The notes below the pieces were generated by a model. That model was given only the letters and a program-made list of their open reading frames with translations, was not told the DNA's origin and made no database searches. Made by a program: the position numbers and the translations under genes. From a bacterium (GTDB taxonomy: Bacteria; UBP6; UBA1177), in contig JAKLDO010000001.1 of assembly GCA_022703485.1 (NCBI GenBank), positions 5,834 to 69,833 on the forward strand: a stretch of DNA of 64,000 bases, given 5' to 3'. This document shows positions 1 through 9,908 of this stretch, one piece after another (positions within the stretch are counted from its first letter, which is position 1; each line of letters begins with the position of its first letter).

Positions 1-409
1 CTTTTTTCAGGCGGTTATGCATCATTATCAGGTTTTCGAAGCGGACTGTTCTGAACTTATGATGCTTTTTTTTGGGCCACGGGTCGGGAAAGTAGATATG
101 TATCGCATCAAGCGAATTGAACGGCAATAATTCTTTAATGATAGCAATACCTTCAAAACATACCGTCCTGACATTATCCTGAAGAAGCCGCTTCTGAAGA
201 TTACGGTGCCCGCGGACAATGAACTTTCTGCTTATTTCAAGTCCCAGAAATCCGGTATCCGGCTTTGAATTGGCATATTCGGACAAAAAAAGCCCGCTGC
301 AGAACCCCATTTCAAGCTCAACTTTGTCACGCCCCGGGAAAAGTGCTTTAAGATCAAGCTTACTGAATGCAATATCTTCAATTTTAAGTTCGATGTTGTG
401 ATCTATCAT
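1..409 (-). CDS. trmB: tRNA (guanine-N7)-methyltransferase TrmB; 3' end lies beyond the window edge
   Basis: The ORF has no stop inside the window, so it is absent from the ORF track. Hand translation of the minus strand from ATG at 409-407 gives MIDHNIELKIEDIAFSKLDLKALFPGRDKVELEMGFCSGLFLSEYANSKPDTGFLGLEISRKF...LDAIHIYFPDPWPKKKHHKFR. This shows the SAM-binding E-x-G-x-G-x-G region and the FPDPWPKK(K/R)HHK motif typical of TrmB. The listed ORFs 28..219(-) and 219..401(+) are off-frame shadows. Confidence 0.8.
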   Translation of the reverse strand, partial: MIDHNIELKIEDIAFSKLDLKALFPGRDKVELEMGFCSGLFLSEYANSKPDTGFLGLEISRKFIVRGHRNLQKRLLQDNVRTVCFEGIAIIKELLPFNSLDAIHIYFPDPWPKKKHHKFRTVRFENLIMMHNRLKK

Positions 410-420
410 GGCTTTTTGGA

Positions 421-930
421 CTACCCTTCGTAGACCATTATGTCCGGAAGATTCCTGAACCTTTCGTTCATGTCAAGGCCGTATCCGATGACAAATTCAT
501 TCTTGATGTCAAACCCGAGAAAGTCTATTTTCACACGCCCTTTGTTGATCTCTTTTTTCTCAAGAAGAGAACATATTTTTATAGATGCGGGTTTGATCTC
601 ATTAAGTTTTTCAAGAAAGAACGACAGCGTTGTACCCGTATCGACAATATCTTCAACCACAAGAAGCTCTCTTCCTCTGAACTTCTCAAGCTCTCCCATC
701 AGCATCTCTACTTTTCCTGTCGAATGAGTGCCGCAGTAGCTTGAAAGCCTTATGAAATCAATATCCATGAACTCGGATGTTATCGCCCGTATAAGGTCTG
801 CCGCAAACACCGTGCTCCCTTTCAGAATGATAAGACATGTGAAAGGCCTGTTCTGATAATGGTCGCTGATCTGCGCCCCTATTTCCTGAACTCTTTTGTG
901 GATCGTATCTCTGCATATAAGCTTTCTCAT
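421..930 (-). CDS. hpt: hypoxanthine/guanine phosphoribosyltransferase
   Basis: PRPP-binding loop LLVVEDIVDTGTTLSF and SSYCGTHSTGKVEM are typical of 6-oxopurine PRTs. I moved the start from 969 to ATG 930-928, which forms an ATGA overlap with the upstream gene's stop at 929-927. Confidence 0.85.
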   Translation of the reverse strand: MRKLICRDTIHKRVQEIGAQISDHYQNRPFTCLIILKGSTVFAADLIRAITSEFMDIDFIRLSSYCGTHSTGKVEMLMGELEKFRGRELLVVEDIVDTGTTLSFFLEKLNEIKPASIKICSLLEKKEINKGRVKIDFLGFDIKNEFVIGYGLDMNERFRNLPDIMVYEG

Positions 931-2909
931 CTTTTTATTTTCTCCAGTCTGTTTATTTCGACAACCCACTCCTCTCTTTTTCCGGCAAACCTTTCATCAT
1001 TAAGTTTAGACCTGAGGAAAGATGCCGCCTCGATGTTCTTTCCAAGCTCTTCAAGAACTGCCGCCTTCAGCTCTATTGATTTTGCCGTCTCCCGAAGCAC
1101 CGTAGATTCCTCTGCATATTTAACAGCCTCTTCAAATCTTCCTGTCATGTAGAGATAAATAGCCATATTTGTTATGACTTTCTCGTAGTTTTCGCCTGAA
1201 TCTATTTTATCGTTTTTCAATTTTTCAAGTGCAAACCTGTTTATATTCAAGGCATCTTCATATTTCTGCTCTTCGTATCTGCCTGCCGCTCTGTCAATGA
1301 GCTCTGCGAGCGCAAGATCTTGTAATGATTCATCAACTGCTTTAATTTCCGGAACATCCGTCTTCTTTTCACTGAAAGGCTCGCTAAGGTCCATGTTCAA
1401 TATCCTTTCAATGTCCTCTTTTTTCTGACCGTAATAGACCATGAAAAGAGCGAATGCCAGAACAAGCAGAACCAGGTAGACCATCATGCCGGCACGGAAA
1501 CTTCCTGTCTTTTCTAAATATTCAGGATCGGTCTTTCTTGCCTCACTTTCAAGCTTTACATCCTGGAGATGGTCTTCGATTATGCTTTTGAGCTCTTCAT
1601 CGTTGTGAACGCTTTTAACTATCTCGGTCTTCTGACCCGAAAGATCATCGAACTGAGGTTCTTCAATTTCAATATCACTTATTTCGGCTTCTTTATCAGT
1701 AACTGCTTTTTCTGCAGCCTCGTCTTCGTGAGCAAGTTCATTCATGTTAACGATACTGACAGGTGCAATAGACGCATCAATTACGATCCCTATTGCAGGG
1801 TCAATGGTGTCTCTCCGGGCAAGATCGGGAGGTGGAACGATCGTTTTTGAAAAATGAACTTCCTCTTTTTTCTCAGAAATATCATGCCCTTCCATATTTT
1901 CATCAGCTTTGGCAAGCCACCGCGGCTCAGGAGGAAGAGTATAAGGAGATTCTTTCTTTCTTGATGAAACTACCTCAAGTCCTATAAGCTGTTTCAGATA
2001 TTCAACCGTAAGTCTTCTGTCAAGGTCGGTCTTTTCGATGACTTCGCTTAATTTCCCGCCATCAGGACCGATCGCTCTGATTATTCCTGACACTTTATCA
2101 GGGAACTTGTTGATAGTGTTCATGAACTGACCGAAATCGACATAAAGTTTCGAGTCAAGAGGAGGCATTTCGCTTAGTTCGCTGGTATAATCATCAAGCC
2201 AGTCCGCCGCCTTCACGACAAGCCTGTCATGAGGTATCCTGACATTTCTGGCAACATTTACATCCTTGTAATTAATGACGAAATTTCCGTCAAGCCATGA
2301 AAGAAGCCTGAAAAGCTCATCCGTTCCGTTTTTGTTGTCACCGTCTTTTGTTTCCACCCTCAGCACAGAACCGTTACTGAAAAAAACTTTCGCTTCATCA
2401 CCCGTGGAGGATGTAAATAAAACAACTCCGGAAGAGCTGTTTTCCGCAATGATATTAAGGACATCTATCACTGAAATGCTGGAAAGGTCGCCCTTGAAAT
2501 CTTTTGATCCCTTGGAAAGATCGAGAAGCTCATTGAATTTCGCCTGTTCAAAAAAATCGTTTATCCTGTTTATGAGAACTTTTATCAGTACCGGTTTCAT
2601 GAAAAAAGCTTCAGCGCCCATCTCGTGGGCAAGGATCTTGTCCTCGACAACCCTTGAACTTGAAAGAAAAATAAAGGGAATGTTCTTTGTCTCAGGGTTC
2701 ATTTTCACTCTTTTGAGGAAATCGACACCGCTTAGTTCAGGAAGCACCATTTCTGAAATTATCAGATGAGGTTTGAATTCTTTCAGTGTTTTCAGTGCAT
2801 TGACTGAACCGGACAATGTTCTGACATCATAACTTTCTTTTTTCAGTTTCAATTCCAGAACAGCAGTCACCTGTTCATCGGAATCAACAATGAGAATCTT
2901 CCTTAACAT
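927..2909 (-). CDS. response-regulator receiver protein with DUF4388/PATAN-like domain, one TM helix and C-terminal TPR repeats
   Basis: N-terminal receiver: KILIVDSDEQV...HLIISEMVLPELSG...FLSS...FFMKP. Central DLSSISVIDVLNIIAENSSSGVVLF segment looks like DUF4388. One hydrophobic helix, MMVYLVLLVLAFALFMVYY. TPR-like C-terminus: YEDALNINRFALE, GRFEEAVKYAEES. It is the last regulatory gene of the Che operon. Confidence 0.6.
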   Translation of the reverse strand: MLRKILIVDSDEQVTAVLELKLKKESYDVRTLSGSVNALKTLKEFKPHLIISEMVLPELSGVDFLKRVKMNPETKNIPFIFLSSSRVVEDKILAHEMGAEAFFMKPVLIKVLINRINDFFEQAKFNELLDLSKGSKDFKGDLSSISVIDVLNIIAENSSSGVVLFTSSTGDEAKVFFSNGSVLRVETKDGDNKNGTDELFRLLSWLDGNFVINYKDVNVARNVRIPHDRLVVKAADWLDDYTSELSEMPPLDSKLYVDFGQFMNTINKFPDKVSGIIRAIGPDGGKLSEVIEKTDLDRRLTVEYLKQLIGLEVVSSRKKESPYTLPPEPRWLAKADENMEGHDISEKKEEVHFSKTIVPPPDLARRDTIDPAIGIVIDASIAPVSIVNMNELAHEDEAAEKAVTDKEAEISDIEIEEPQFDDLSGQKTEIVKSVHNDEELKSIIEDHLQDVKLESEARKTDPEYLEKTGSFRAGMMVYLVLLVLAFALFMVYYGQKKEDIERILNMDLSEPFSEKKTDVPEIKAVDESLQDLALAELIDRAAGRYEEQKYEDALNINRFALEKLKNDKIDSGENYEKVITNMAIYLYMTGRFEEAVKYAEESTVLRETAKSIELKAAVLEELGKNIEAASFLRSKLNDERFAGKREEWVVEINRLEKIKR

Positions 2910-3423
2910 TATCCTCCGGTTTTTTTATATCAGCGAATTTAACCAGTTTCACTCTGTTCCCGGCTTCATTGTATTCAAGAATATTGAAAACAGAGGCTAT
3001 TATCTTTATGCCGAATCCATTAAACCCGTCAGGGGACCTGTTCTGTTCCGCGATCACATTTCTCATTTCAGATCTCCAGTCGAAACCTCTGCCCTGATCT
3101 TCGATCTCAATTGTCTGGCTTTTTTCATTTACAGTCGATCTTATCTTTACGGTTCTATTAACGGACCCTTCCCCGGAACACCTTGAAGCGATGAAACTGT
3201 CATAACAGCCTTCCTCTATCATCCGCTCTTTCTCCTCTTTTGAAATTTCAAAGTTGCCGTGTTCTATCGCATTGTATATCGCTTCATAGACCGCAACTTC
3301 CAGCATATAAACATTCTCGAACAGATGAGCCGACATTCCGATTATCTGACCGACAACACCCGGAACAGCATTAAGATCGCTGCCTATTTCAAAATACTTT
3401 GTCTTTTCATGGTGTTCTGTCAT
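2884..3423 (-). CDS. RsbW/SpoIIAB-type anti-sigma-factor serine kinase (GHKL ATPase without His-kinase dimerisation domain)
   Basis: ORF 2884..3552 is trimmed to ATG 3423-3421 (MTEHHEKT...) because the upstream part overlaps cheB. N-box EAIYNAIEHGN, G1 box IEIEDQGRGFD, G2-like GFGIKIIASV, ending NRVKLVK. Confidence 0.6.
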   Translation of the reverse strand: MTEHHEKTKYFEIGSDLNAVPGVVGQIIGMSAHLFENVYMLEVAVYEAIYNAIEHGNFEISKEEKERMIEEGCYDSFIASRCSGEGSVNRTVKIRSTVNEKSQTIEIEDQGRGFDWRSEMRNVIAEQNRSPDGFNGFGIKIIASVFNILEYNEAGNRVKLVKFADIKKPEDNVKEDSHC

Positions 3424-3436
3424 CACTAATCCGTTT

Positions 3437-4522
3437 TCAATCAGCAGAAAAGATCGAGTTGAGGAAATCCGATATCCTCTGGCAGTCAAGCTCCTTGTCA
3501 ACGACACCCAGATCGACCGCCGATCTCGGCATTCCTGCAACAGCACATTCATATCTGTCCTGAACTATCGTCACCGCACCGTTCCTTTTAAGTTCAGCCA
3601 TGCCGACCGCCCCGTCACATCCCATTCCGGTCATCAGAACGCCCACTGCATTGGCTCTCACGACAAGAGCGGCGGATTTGAACAGAATATCAACTGAAGG
3701 CTGGTGTCTGTTCACTTTAGGACCTTCCTTTACAACAGCTGTATATCCTGCATGTGACCTCTGGACAAGAAGATGTTTTCCTCCCTGCGCTATAACAACA
3801 TCTCCCGGAAGCATCGGACGGCCGTTCTCGGCTTCATAGACATTGAACGGGAAAAGCTTGTTAAGCCTGTCTGCGAAAGATCTTGAGAAGAAAGGGGGGA
3901 TGTGCTGAACTATGGCTATCGGAGGCATTATCCTGCAGTCAAGGGTGGAAAGAAGCTTTTCTATTGCCACAGTGCCTCCGGTCGAGGCCCCGATAACTAT
4001 CATCGAGCAGGACGGCAGCATTTTCGCACTGTCATCGCTCGGAACAAGCTTTATGGTCTTTCTTGTAAAATCCCTTACAGAATCATCTTTTCCCCTGTAT
4101 TTGTGGATATTCAGCCACGATCTGGGAACTGACGCCGCGATCACAAGTTTTTCATGTATCCGCTCCGATATCTCTTTCATCGAACTTTCATTCTGCGGTT
4201 TGAGTATGTAGTCGACCGCTCCGAGTTCAAGCGCCTTTAGCGTTATTGCCGCGTTCTCGCTGGTCAGAGAGCTTATCATGACAACCGGCAGAGGCGCACC
4301 TCTCATGATCTTGTCAAGGAATGTCAGCCCGTCCATCTTGGGCATCTCGATGTCAAGCGTTATTATGTCAGGCATCTCCTTTTTCATGATATCGTGAGCT
4401 TCATACGGGTCTGCCGCCCTGCCCATCACTTCAAAATCATCAAAAGAGGAGATTATTTCAGAAAGCAGTTCTCTTGCAGTCCTTGAATCTTCAACTATGA
4501 GAACCTTTTTTTTCACGCTCAT
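3437..4522 (-). CDS. cheB: chemotaxis protein-glutamate methylesterase/glutaminase CheB
   Basis: Receiver domain (KVLIVEDS...DIITLDIEMPKMDG) plus esterase domain with VIGASTGG and GMGCDGA motifs. Overlaps cheD by 4 nt. Confidence 0.9.
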   Translation of the reverse strand: MSVKKKVLIVEDSRTARELLSEIISSFDDFEVMGRAADPYEAHDIMKKEMPDIITLDIEMPKMDGLTFLDKIMRGAPLPVVMISSLTSENAAITLKALELGAVDYILKPQNESSMKEISERIHEKLVIAASVPRSWLNIHKYRGKDDSVRDFTRKTIKLVPSDDSAKMLPSCSMIVIGASTGGTVAIEKLLSTLDCRIMPPIAIVQHIPPFFSRSFADRLNKLFPFNVYEAENGRPMLPGDVVIAQGGKHLLVQRSHAGYTAVVKEGPKVNRHQPSVDILFKSAALVVRANAVGVLMTGMGCDGAVGMAELKRNGAVTIVQDRYECAVAGMPRSAVDLGVVDKELDCQRISDFLNSIFSAD

Positions 4523-5142
4523 TCCTTATCGTCCCGGATATCACCTTTTGTAAATATCGTCACTCCGCCGCTGACATCCTCTTTTTTGGTGTTAAGCACG
4601 GCCGCTTTGTATTTATTTTCCTGTTCCATTGCCTGATCGGGGCTCTTAAGAAGTTTTTTTACAAGCACCCTCCCTCCTTCCGAAGGGATGAAAATGATCT
4701 TTCTTCCCGTATCGCCGCCTATATCGCTTGCTATTATAGGGATCTCTTCATATTGCAGATAGGTCTTAACGAAATTTATGTTGGCAAGAGGTATGTTACC
4801 ATCGGATTTTCTGAAATTGAGAACATGCCCGCCGCCGAATATCTTTGCCGTTAGACGGTCACGCCTTGCACCTTTTTTCATCATTTCGTTTATGATGCTT
4901 TCCATTGCGAACATGCCGTATCGACTGCTTCTGGAGGCGAAAACTTCATCATTCCTGAAATCGCCGGGAAGCATGAAATGGTTCATCCCGCCTATTCCGA
5001 GCTCCGCATCCATGAAACAGACGGCTATGCATGATCCGAGAACCGTGGCGATACCTTCCGGCGTCCTGTCCACGACATAATATTCTCCGGGCTGTATAAC
5101 TATTATGTCTTTCTGAAGTTTTCTGTTAAACGATTTATACAT
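4519..5142 (-). CDS. cheD: chemoreceptor glutamine deamidase CheD
   Basis: CheD motifs GSCIAVCF (catalytic Cys), GGMNHFMLPG and AKIFGGGHVL. Confidence 0.85.
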   Translation of the reverse strand: MYKSFNRKLQKDIIVIQPGEYYVVDRTPEGIATVLGSCIAVCFMDAELGIGGMNHFMLPGDFRNDEVFASRSSRYGMFAMESIINEMMKKGARRDRLTAKIFGGGHVLNFRKSDGNIPLANINFVKTYLQYEEIPIIASDIGGDTGRKIIFIPSEGGRVLVKKLLKSPDQAMEQENKYKAAVLNTKKEDVSGGVTIFTKGDIRDDKE

Positions 5143-6011
5143 CAGTTCTCCGGACCGCTGTTATACATCTTTTTCTGGTAGATCGTGTTCTTGAGATAAA
5201 CAAGTCCGTCTATCATGTTGAAAAGTGTCTCCGAATGACCCATCATTATGTAACCGCCGTCATTCAGATACCTGAAAAGCCTGTTCACCACCATTCTTTT
5301 GGTCTCAGGATTGAAATAGATTATCACATTCCTGCAGAAAATTATGTCAAATGTCGAAGTTACCGGATATTCAGGTGCAATGAAGTTAAGCTGTTTGAAA
5401 GTCACCATCTGCTTTATGTCGTCCTTTATCTTGAAAAGACCGAGACTGTCCCCTTTTCCTCTGAGAAAGTATTTTTTCATGTACTCTTCCGGAACAGTAT
5501 TGAGCACTCCGCTTTCGTAGACGCCCCGCACAGCGGTCTTGAGAACATTGGTATCTATGTCGGTGGCCAGTATTTTAACCGGAATGTTATAAGGCTCGAC
5601 AAGATGCTTCGCCATGACCATTGCGATAGTATAAGGCTCCTCTCCTGTTGAACATGCGGCTGACCATATCCTTACGATCCTGCGTCCTGATGAGATCACC
5701 TGCGGAATGAAAGTGTTCACAAGAAAATCGAAATGATGGGCCTCTCTGAAAAAATCGGTCTTGTTCGTTGTTATGGAATTTATGAAATTCTGCACCTCAG
5801 AAAATCCGGAAGGAGAGACCAGAAGATCGTAATACTCTGAAAAGTTCTGCAATTTCAGCGCCTTGACCCTTTTTGTAAAACGGGATACGACCAGCTCTTT
5901 TTTAGTTTCGGCAAGACTTATTCCTGAAACCTTGAAAACAAGATCTCTCAATTTCTCAAATTCTGCATCGCTGAGCGATATCTTTTTTATGTCAAATCTG
6001 CTTTCAGTCAT
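5142..6011 (-). CDS. cheR: chemotaxis protein methyltransferase CheR
   Basis: CheR N-terminal helical region plus SAM methyltransferase motifs RIWSAACSTGEEPYTIAM and IFCRNVIIYF. Confidence 0.9.
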   Translation of the reverse strand: MTESRFDIKKISLSDAEFEKLRDLVFKVSGISLAETKKELVVSRFTKRVKALKLQNFSEYYDLLVSPSGFSEVQNFINSITTNKTDFFREAHHFDFLVNTFIPQVISSGRRIVRIWSAACSTGEEPYTIAMVMAKHLVEPYNIPVKILATDIDTNVLKTAVRGVYESGVLNTVPEEYMKKYFLRGKGDSLGLFKIKDDIKQMVTFKQLNFIAPEYPVTSTFDIIFCRNVIIYFNPETKRMVVNRLFRYLNDGGYIMMGHSETLFNMIDGLVYLKNTIYQKKMYNSGPEN

Positions 6012-6915
6012 TTTCCAGCATCTTCTCTATATCAAGCACAATAAGAAATTTCTTTGTTCTGGGATCGTTTGCAATGAACTTTATGAAATCCGATCTTATT
6101 TTCCTGCTGAGCATGGGAGCCGTGTGTGTATTTTCGGGCTCAAGAAAAACCACATCATCGATCGAATCAACGACACACCCTTTTATTTTATCTCTTACTT
6201 TGAGCATGAGGAACACCGTGAACTCACCGTATGATATATCTTTTATGCCGAAAACCTTTCTAAGATCGATAACCGGCACGACATTGCCTCTCAGGTTCGC
6301 AACGCCCAGAAAATGTGCAGGCTGGTTGGGAATTTTCGAGCATGGAAGCATCTGTTTCATGTCATACACAAGTTCTATCGGAACAGCATAGTGCTCTGTC
6401 CCTATCCTGAAAGAGAGAAATTCATTGTTCTTCTCCTCTTCTACCTTTTCGCTTTCATTCCTAACTTCCCGCGTTTCCTGTTTTTTCTCTTTTTTCTCTG
6501 CTGTTTCACCCGACGAGATCGGGGTCTCCTGTTTAAGTGACAGAAGTTTCTCAAAGTCCTTTTCTATTTTCGAAATATCTTTCTTTTTTACTTTTCCCCC
6601 GCTCTTAAGCGCGGTATCCACTATTTCAAAAGTTATCTCTATCAGTTCAGCTGTCACCGGGCCTGCCGGCAGTTTCTTTGCAACTGCGAAAGATATCATT
6701 TTATTCAGTTTTTCAGATGCGGCCTCAAGATCGGCGAGTCCTGTAACAGAACACCCGCCGCTTATTGAACGGACAGCCCGCAGAAGCGTACTGAACGCAT
6801 TGAACTCAGGATACTCCCCTTTTTCAAGAAGATCCGTGAAATCGCTGAACTGCTCCCGCACCTCATCGATCTGCGACCTGGATTCCTGAATAAATTCGGA
6901 TATTAAATTTTCCAT
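6004..6915 (-). CDS. CheW-domain protein with an N-terminal degenerate Hpt-like domain
   Basis: C-terminal CheW domain: FLSFRIGTEHYAVPIELVYDM...LGVANLRGNVVPVIDLRKVFG. The N-terminal ~100 aa align with the cheA Hpt domain of this operon (LLRAVRSISGGCSVTGL versus FRSVHTLKGSSGMVEYS), but the His position is Arg. A Lys/Glu-rich linker lies between the two domains. Confidence 0.7.
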   Translation of the reverse strand: MENLISEFIQESRSQIDEVREQFSDFTDLLEKGEYPEFNAFSTLLRAVRSISGGCSVTGLADLEAASEKLNKMISFAVAKKLPAGPVTAELIEITFEIVDTALKSGGKVKKKDISKIEKDFEKLLSLKQETPISSGETAEKKEKKQETREVRNESEKVEEEKNNEFLSFRIGTEHYAVPIELVYDMKQMLPCSKIPNQPAHFLGVANLRGNVVPVIDLRKVFGIKDISYGEFTVFLMLKVRDKIKGCVVDSIDDVVFLEPENTHTAPMLSRKIRSDFIKFIANDPRTKKFLIVLDIEKMLEND

Positions 6916-7422
6916 CTACAGCGTGTCCATTATGTTAAGTTCCGTGTCCGAAAGGATCTTCGCCATATCAAGGACTATCGTGAAAAGGTCCTTTTCCTTC
7001 TTTATCATTCCTCTTATGAAGTTCGCCTTTAATCCGGAAGAGAACCTCGGCGGAGGCTGTATCTCAGAGCTTCTGACCTTTATGATGTCGTTCACCTTGT
7101 CAACAACAACTCCCATCACCCTTCCGCTTACATCGACTATCATGATAACCGTGAACTTTGTTATGTCCTTGTCAGGAACATCGAATTTCTCTCTGAGGTC
7201 TATTACTGGCACCACTATCCCTTTAAGGTTAAGCACACCTTTAACGAAAGGAGGCATTGCCGGTATTTTTGTCAGTTTTTTATAGCTTGTTATTTCATAC
7301 ACCTTCAGTATGTCCGTGGCATATTCCTCCTCACCCACTCTGAAAAGTATGAACTGGTGGAATTTCTCCTCTTTCACCGCATTCTCTTTCTGAGCACTGT
7401 CCAACCTGCCTGATCTGTTCAT
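6916..7422 (-). CDS. cheW: chemotaxis coupling protein CheW
   Basis: Single CheW domain: FILFRVGEEEYATDILKVYEI and LNLKGIVVPVIDLREKF. Overlaps the cheA stop. Confidence 0.85.
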   Translation of the reverse strand: MNRSGRLDSAQKENAVKEEKFHQFILFRVGEEEYATDILKVYEITSYKKLTKIPAMPPFVKGVLNLKGIVVPVIDLREKFDVPDKDITKFTVIMIVDVSGRVMGVVVDKVNDIIKVRSSEIQPPPRFSSGLKANFIRGMIKKEKDLFTIVLDMAKILSDTELNIMDTL

Positions 7423-9527
7423 ATGTTCTCCGGCTGGCCGAAAGCCAGCTTTTCAAGACTGTAAACATCCAGTATGAGAGATATCCTGCCGTCTCCGAGC
7501 ACAGTCGCGCCGCTGATTCCGGGGACCTGCCTGTAGTTTTTCTCAAGACTTTTTATCACCACCTGCTGCTGACCGATGACATCATCAACCATCATCGCTA
7601 TTTTTCTGTTATGGCCGTCAAGGATCAGTATCAACCCGTTTACAGGGTCGGTGATTTCCGTTTTAAAACCGAATATTTCATAAAGCCTTATCAGCGGGAC
7701 ATACCCGCCTCTGAACTCGATCAGCTCTCCTTTGCCCTCTATCGTCTTGACCGAATTGCTTTCCGGTCTAACCGCTTCAATTATGGAGAAAAGCGGGACC
7801 GTTATCGTCTCGATGCCTACAGAGACCTGCATTCCTTCGATTATAGCAAGGGTAAGAGGAAGTTTTATCCTGAAAAGAGTCCCTTTACCTTTTTCTGAGA
7901 ACAGCTCTATGCTCCCTCTGAGATTCTCGATGTTCTTTCTTACGACATCAAGACCGACACCCCTGCCGCTTATTTCCGTCACCTGTTTTGCCGTACTGAA
8001 ACCGGGAATGAATATGAAATTGAAAATCTCCTTTTCGCTCAGTTCGCCCCCGCCCTTGTAGAGCCCTTTCTCCTGTGCTTTTTTCAGGATGGCTTTTTTG
8101 TCAAGGCCCTTTCCGTCATCTTCGACCTCGATCATTATCTTCCCTTCCTGCTGATAAGCCCTCAGCCAGATGGAGCCTTCCGAAGGCTTTCCGACTGCGA
8201 TCCTTTCCTCCGGCGAACCTATTCCGTGATCTATGGAGTTTCTTACAAGATGCTTCAGCGGGGCGTCTATCTGTTCTATGAGGGTCTTGTCAAGCTCGGT
8301 TTCCGATCCGACAAGAAAAAGGTTTATTCTTTTGTTCAATTCCCTTGATGTGTCTCTCACGATCCGCTGAAAATGGGAGAAAGTCCCCTCGATGGGCACC
8401 ATTCTGGTCTTCATCACCTGTTCCTGAATGCTCCTGCTTATCCTGTCCAGATGTTCAGCGGCATCGTTGAGCTCTCTGTTCTTGTGGTATTTTTCCACAA
8501 TAAGCTGGTTTATCCCTGCGATCCCGATGACCAGCTCTCCCACCAGATTGACAAGTCTGTCAAGTTTGTTAGTGTCCACTCTTATGGTCTGACTTGTAAG
8601 GATGTCTCTGCTTTTCTGCTGGTTTGAAAGGACCTTGTTTACGATGTTTGTATCAATACTGCTGTTCTCGACAAGGATCTCCCCCATCCTTTTCTGGCTA
8701 TCGACCACCTTCTGAAGATCGCTGCCAGAGACATATCCCTCTTCTTCAAGGATCTCGCCTATCTTTTTATCTGCATATCTAAGGTCCACCCCTTCAACAA
8801 AGCGGCGGCTGACATCTTCAAATACTATTGTGTTGTTCTCACGGACGAAAATGAACACATTTTCAACTGTTGAAGCCGGCTGATCGGTCTTTAAAATGAT
8901 CTCCCAGCTAAGATACAGAACTTCATACCTGAAACTGTTCATTACGGGGATCGCTTCCGGATTGCATCTTACTTTTACAAACTCGCCCATGGAGCTCAGC
9001 TCTTTAAGAAGCATAAGAGGATCCGTGCCCGAAGCGAATATGTCAGGCTTGAATTTCATGTTTATCTGAATGTACTTTTCAGAAAAATTCTCCTGACCGG
9101 AGGATGTCTGTTTTATTTCAGCATCGACCGGCTCCTTTTGAATCCCTTTGAACTTTCTTATGTTGTCAAGCCCCGACCTTACCTCTGCTCCCAGCAGGGA
9201 TTCAGCTTCCGAAGGTTCGCACTCTACAAGCTGTCTGAGAAGATCGGTGGAACTCAGAAAAAGACTTATCAGACTTCCTGTGGCCTTGAGCTCTCCTGAC
9301 CTTATCCTTGAAAGAACATTCTCCATCTCATGCGAAAAAGTCGTGAGCAGGGAATACTCCACCATCCCCGAACTTCCCTTTAAAGTATGCACCGATCTGA
9401 ATATCTGATCTATGAGCTGTCTGTCGTTAACATTCTTTTCAAGTTCAAGAAGGTCGTTCTCAAGAGACGAAACCAGCTCTTTCGCTTCTTCAAGGAATAT
9501 TTTGTAGAGAGAATCCCTTTCTATCAT
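7419..9527 (-). CDS. cheA: chemotaxis histidine kinase CheA
   Basis: Hpt motif FRSVHTLKGSSG. HATPase boxes HLVRNSIDHGIG, EDDGKGLD and GRGVGLDVV. C-terminal CheW-like P5 domain: KIAMMVDDVIGQQQVVIKSL. Confidence 0.9.
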   Translation of the reverse strand: MIERDSLYKIFLEEAKELVSSLENDLLELEKNVNDRQLIDQIFRSVHTLKGSSGMVEYSLLTTFSHEMENVLSRIRSGELKATGSLISLFLSSTDLLRQLVECEPSEAESLLGAEVRSGLDNIRKFKGIQKEPVDAEIKQTSSGQENFSEKYIQINMKFKPDIFASGTDPLMLLKELSSMGEFVKVRCNPEAIPVMNSFRYEVLYLSWEIILKTDQPASTVENVFIFVRENNTIVFEDVSRRFVEGVDLRYADKKIGEILEEEGYVSGSDLQKVVDSQKRMGEILVENSSIDTNIVNKVLSNQQKSRDILTSQTIRVDTNKLDRLVNLVGELVIGIAGINQLIVEKYHKNRELNDAAEHLDRISRSIQEQVMKTRMVPIEGTFSHFQRIVRDTSRELNKRINLFLVGSETELDKTLIEQIDAPLKHLVRNSIDHGIGSPEERIAVGKPSEGSIWLRAYQQEGKIMIEVEDDGKGLDKKAILKKAQEKGLYKGGGELSEKEIFNFIFIPGFSTAKQVTEISGRGVGLDVVRKNIENLRGSIELFSEKGKGTLFRIKLPLTLAIIEGMQVSVGIETITVPLFSIIEAVRPESNSVKTIEGKGELIEFRGGYVPLIRLYEIFGFKTEITDPVNGLILILDGHNRKIAMMVDDVIGQQQVVIKSLEKNYRQVPGISGATVLGDGRISLILDVYSLEKLAFGQPENI

Positions 9528-9530
9528 CCG

Positions 9531-9908
9531 TTACCTTACAAATTTTTTAACGACCCATACAAGCTGTTCAGGTTTGAAAGGCTTTACCAGCCAGCCCGAT
9601 GCGCCGGCCGCCTTTCCCTCCATCTTTTTTGCATTTTCAGATTCAGTTGTAAGGATCAGTATGGGAACGAACCTGAAATCGCCTTTTTTCACTTCTTTTA
9701 TAAAAGTTATCCCGTCCATGACAGGCATGTTTATGTCTGAAATTATCATATCGATCTTGATCCCGAGCCTTTTTGATTCTTCAAGCCTTTCAAGCCCCTC
9801 TGTTCCGTTCTTCGCCTGCATGATCTCAAAACCTGCATCCGTAAGCACGAAATTGACCGACGCTCTGAGAGTTGCAGAATCGTCCACGATGAGAATGGTC
9901 TTATTCAT
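9531..9908 (-). CDS. cheY: single-domain response regulator CheY
   Basis: 125-aa receiver only: ILIVDDSATLR, DMIISDINMPVMDG, ILILTTES, WLVKPF. Confidence 0.85.
   Translation of the reverse strand: MNKTILIVDDSATLRASVNFVLTDAGFEIMQAKNGTEGLERLEESKRLGIKIDMIISDINMPVMDGITFIKEVKKGDFRFVPILILTTESENAKKMEGKAAGASGWLVKPFKPEQLVWVVKKFVR

Noticed and set aside
28-401. ORFs 28..219(-) and 219..401(+) at the left edge.
   Set aside because: Both are off-frame or antisense relative to the clear TrmB reading frame (409 down to 1), which carries the FPDPWPKKKHHK motif.
7331-7546. 71-aa ORF spanning the cheA/cheW junction.
   Set aside because: It is out of frame with both Che genes, which fully occupy the interval and overlap each other by 4 nt.
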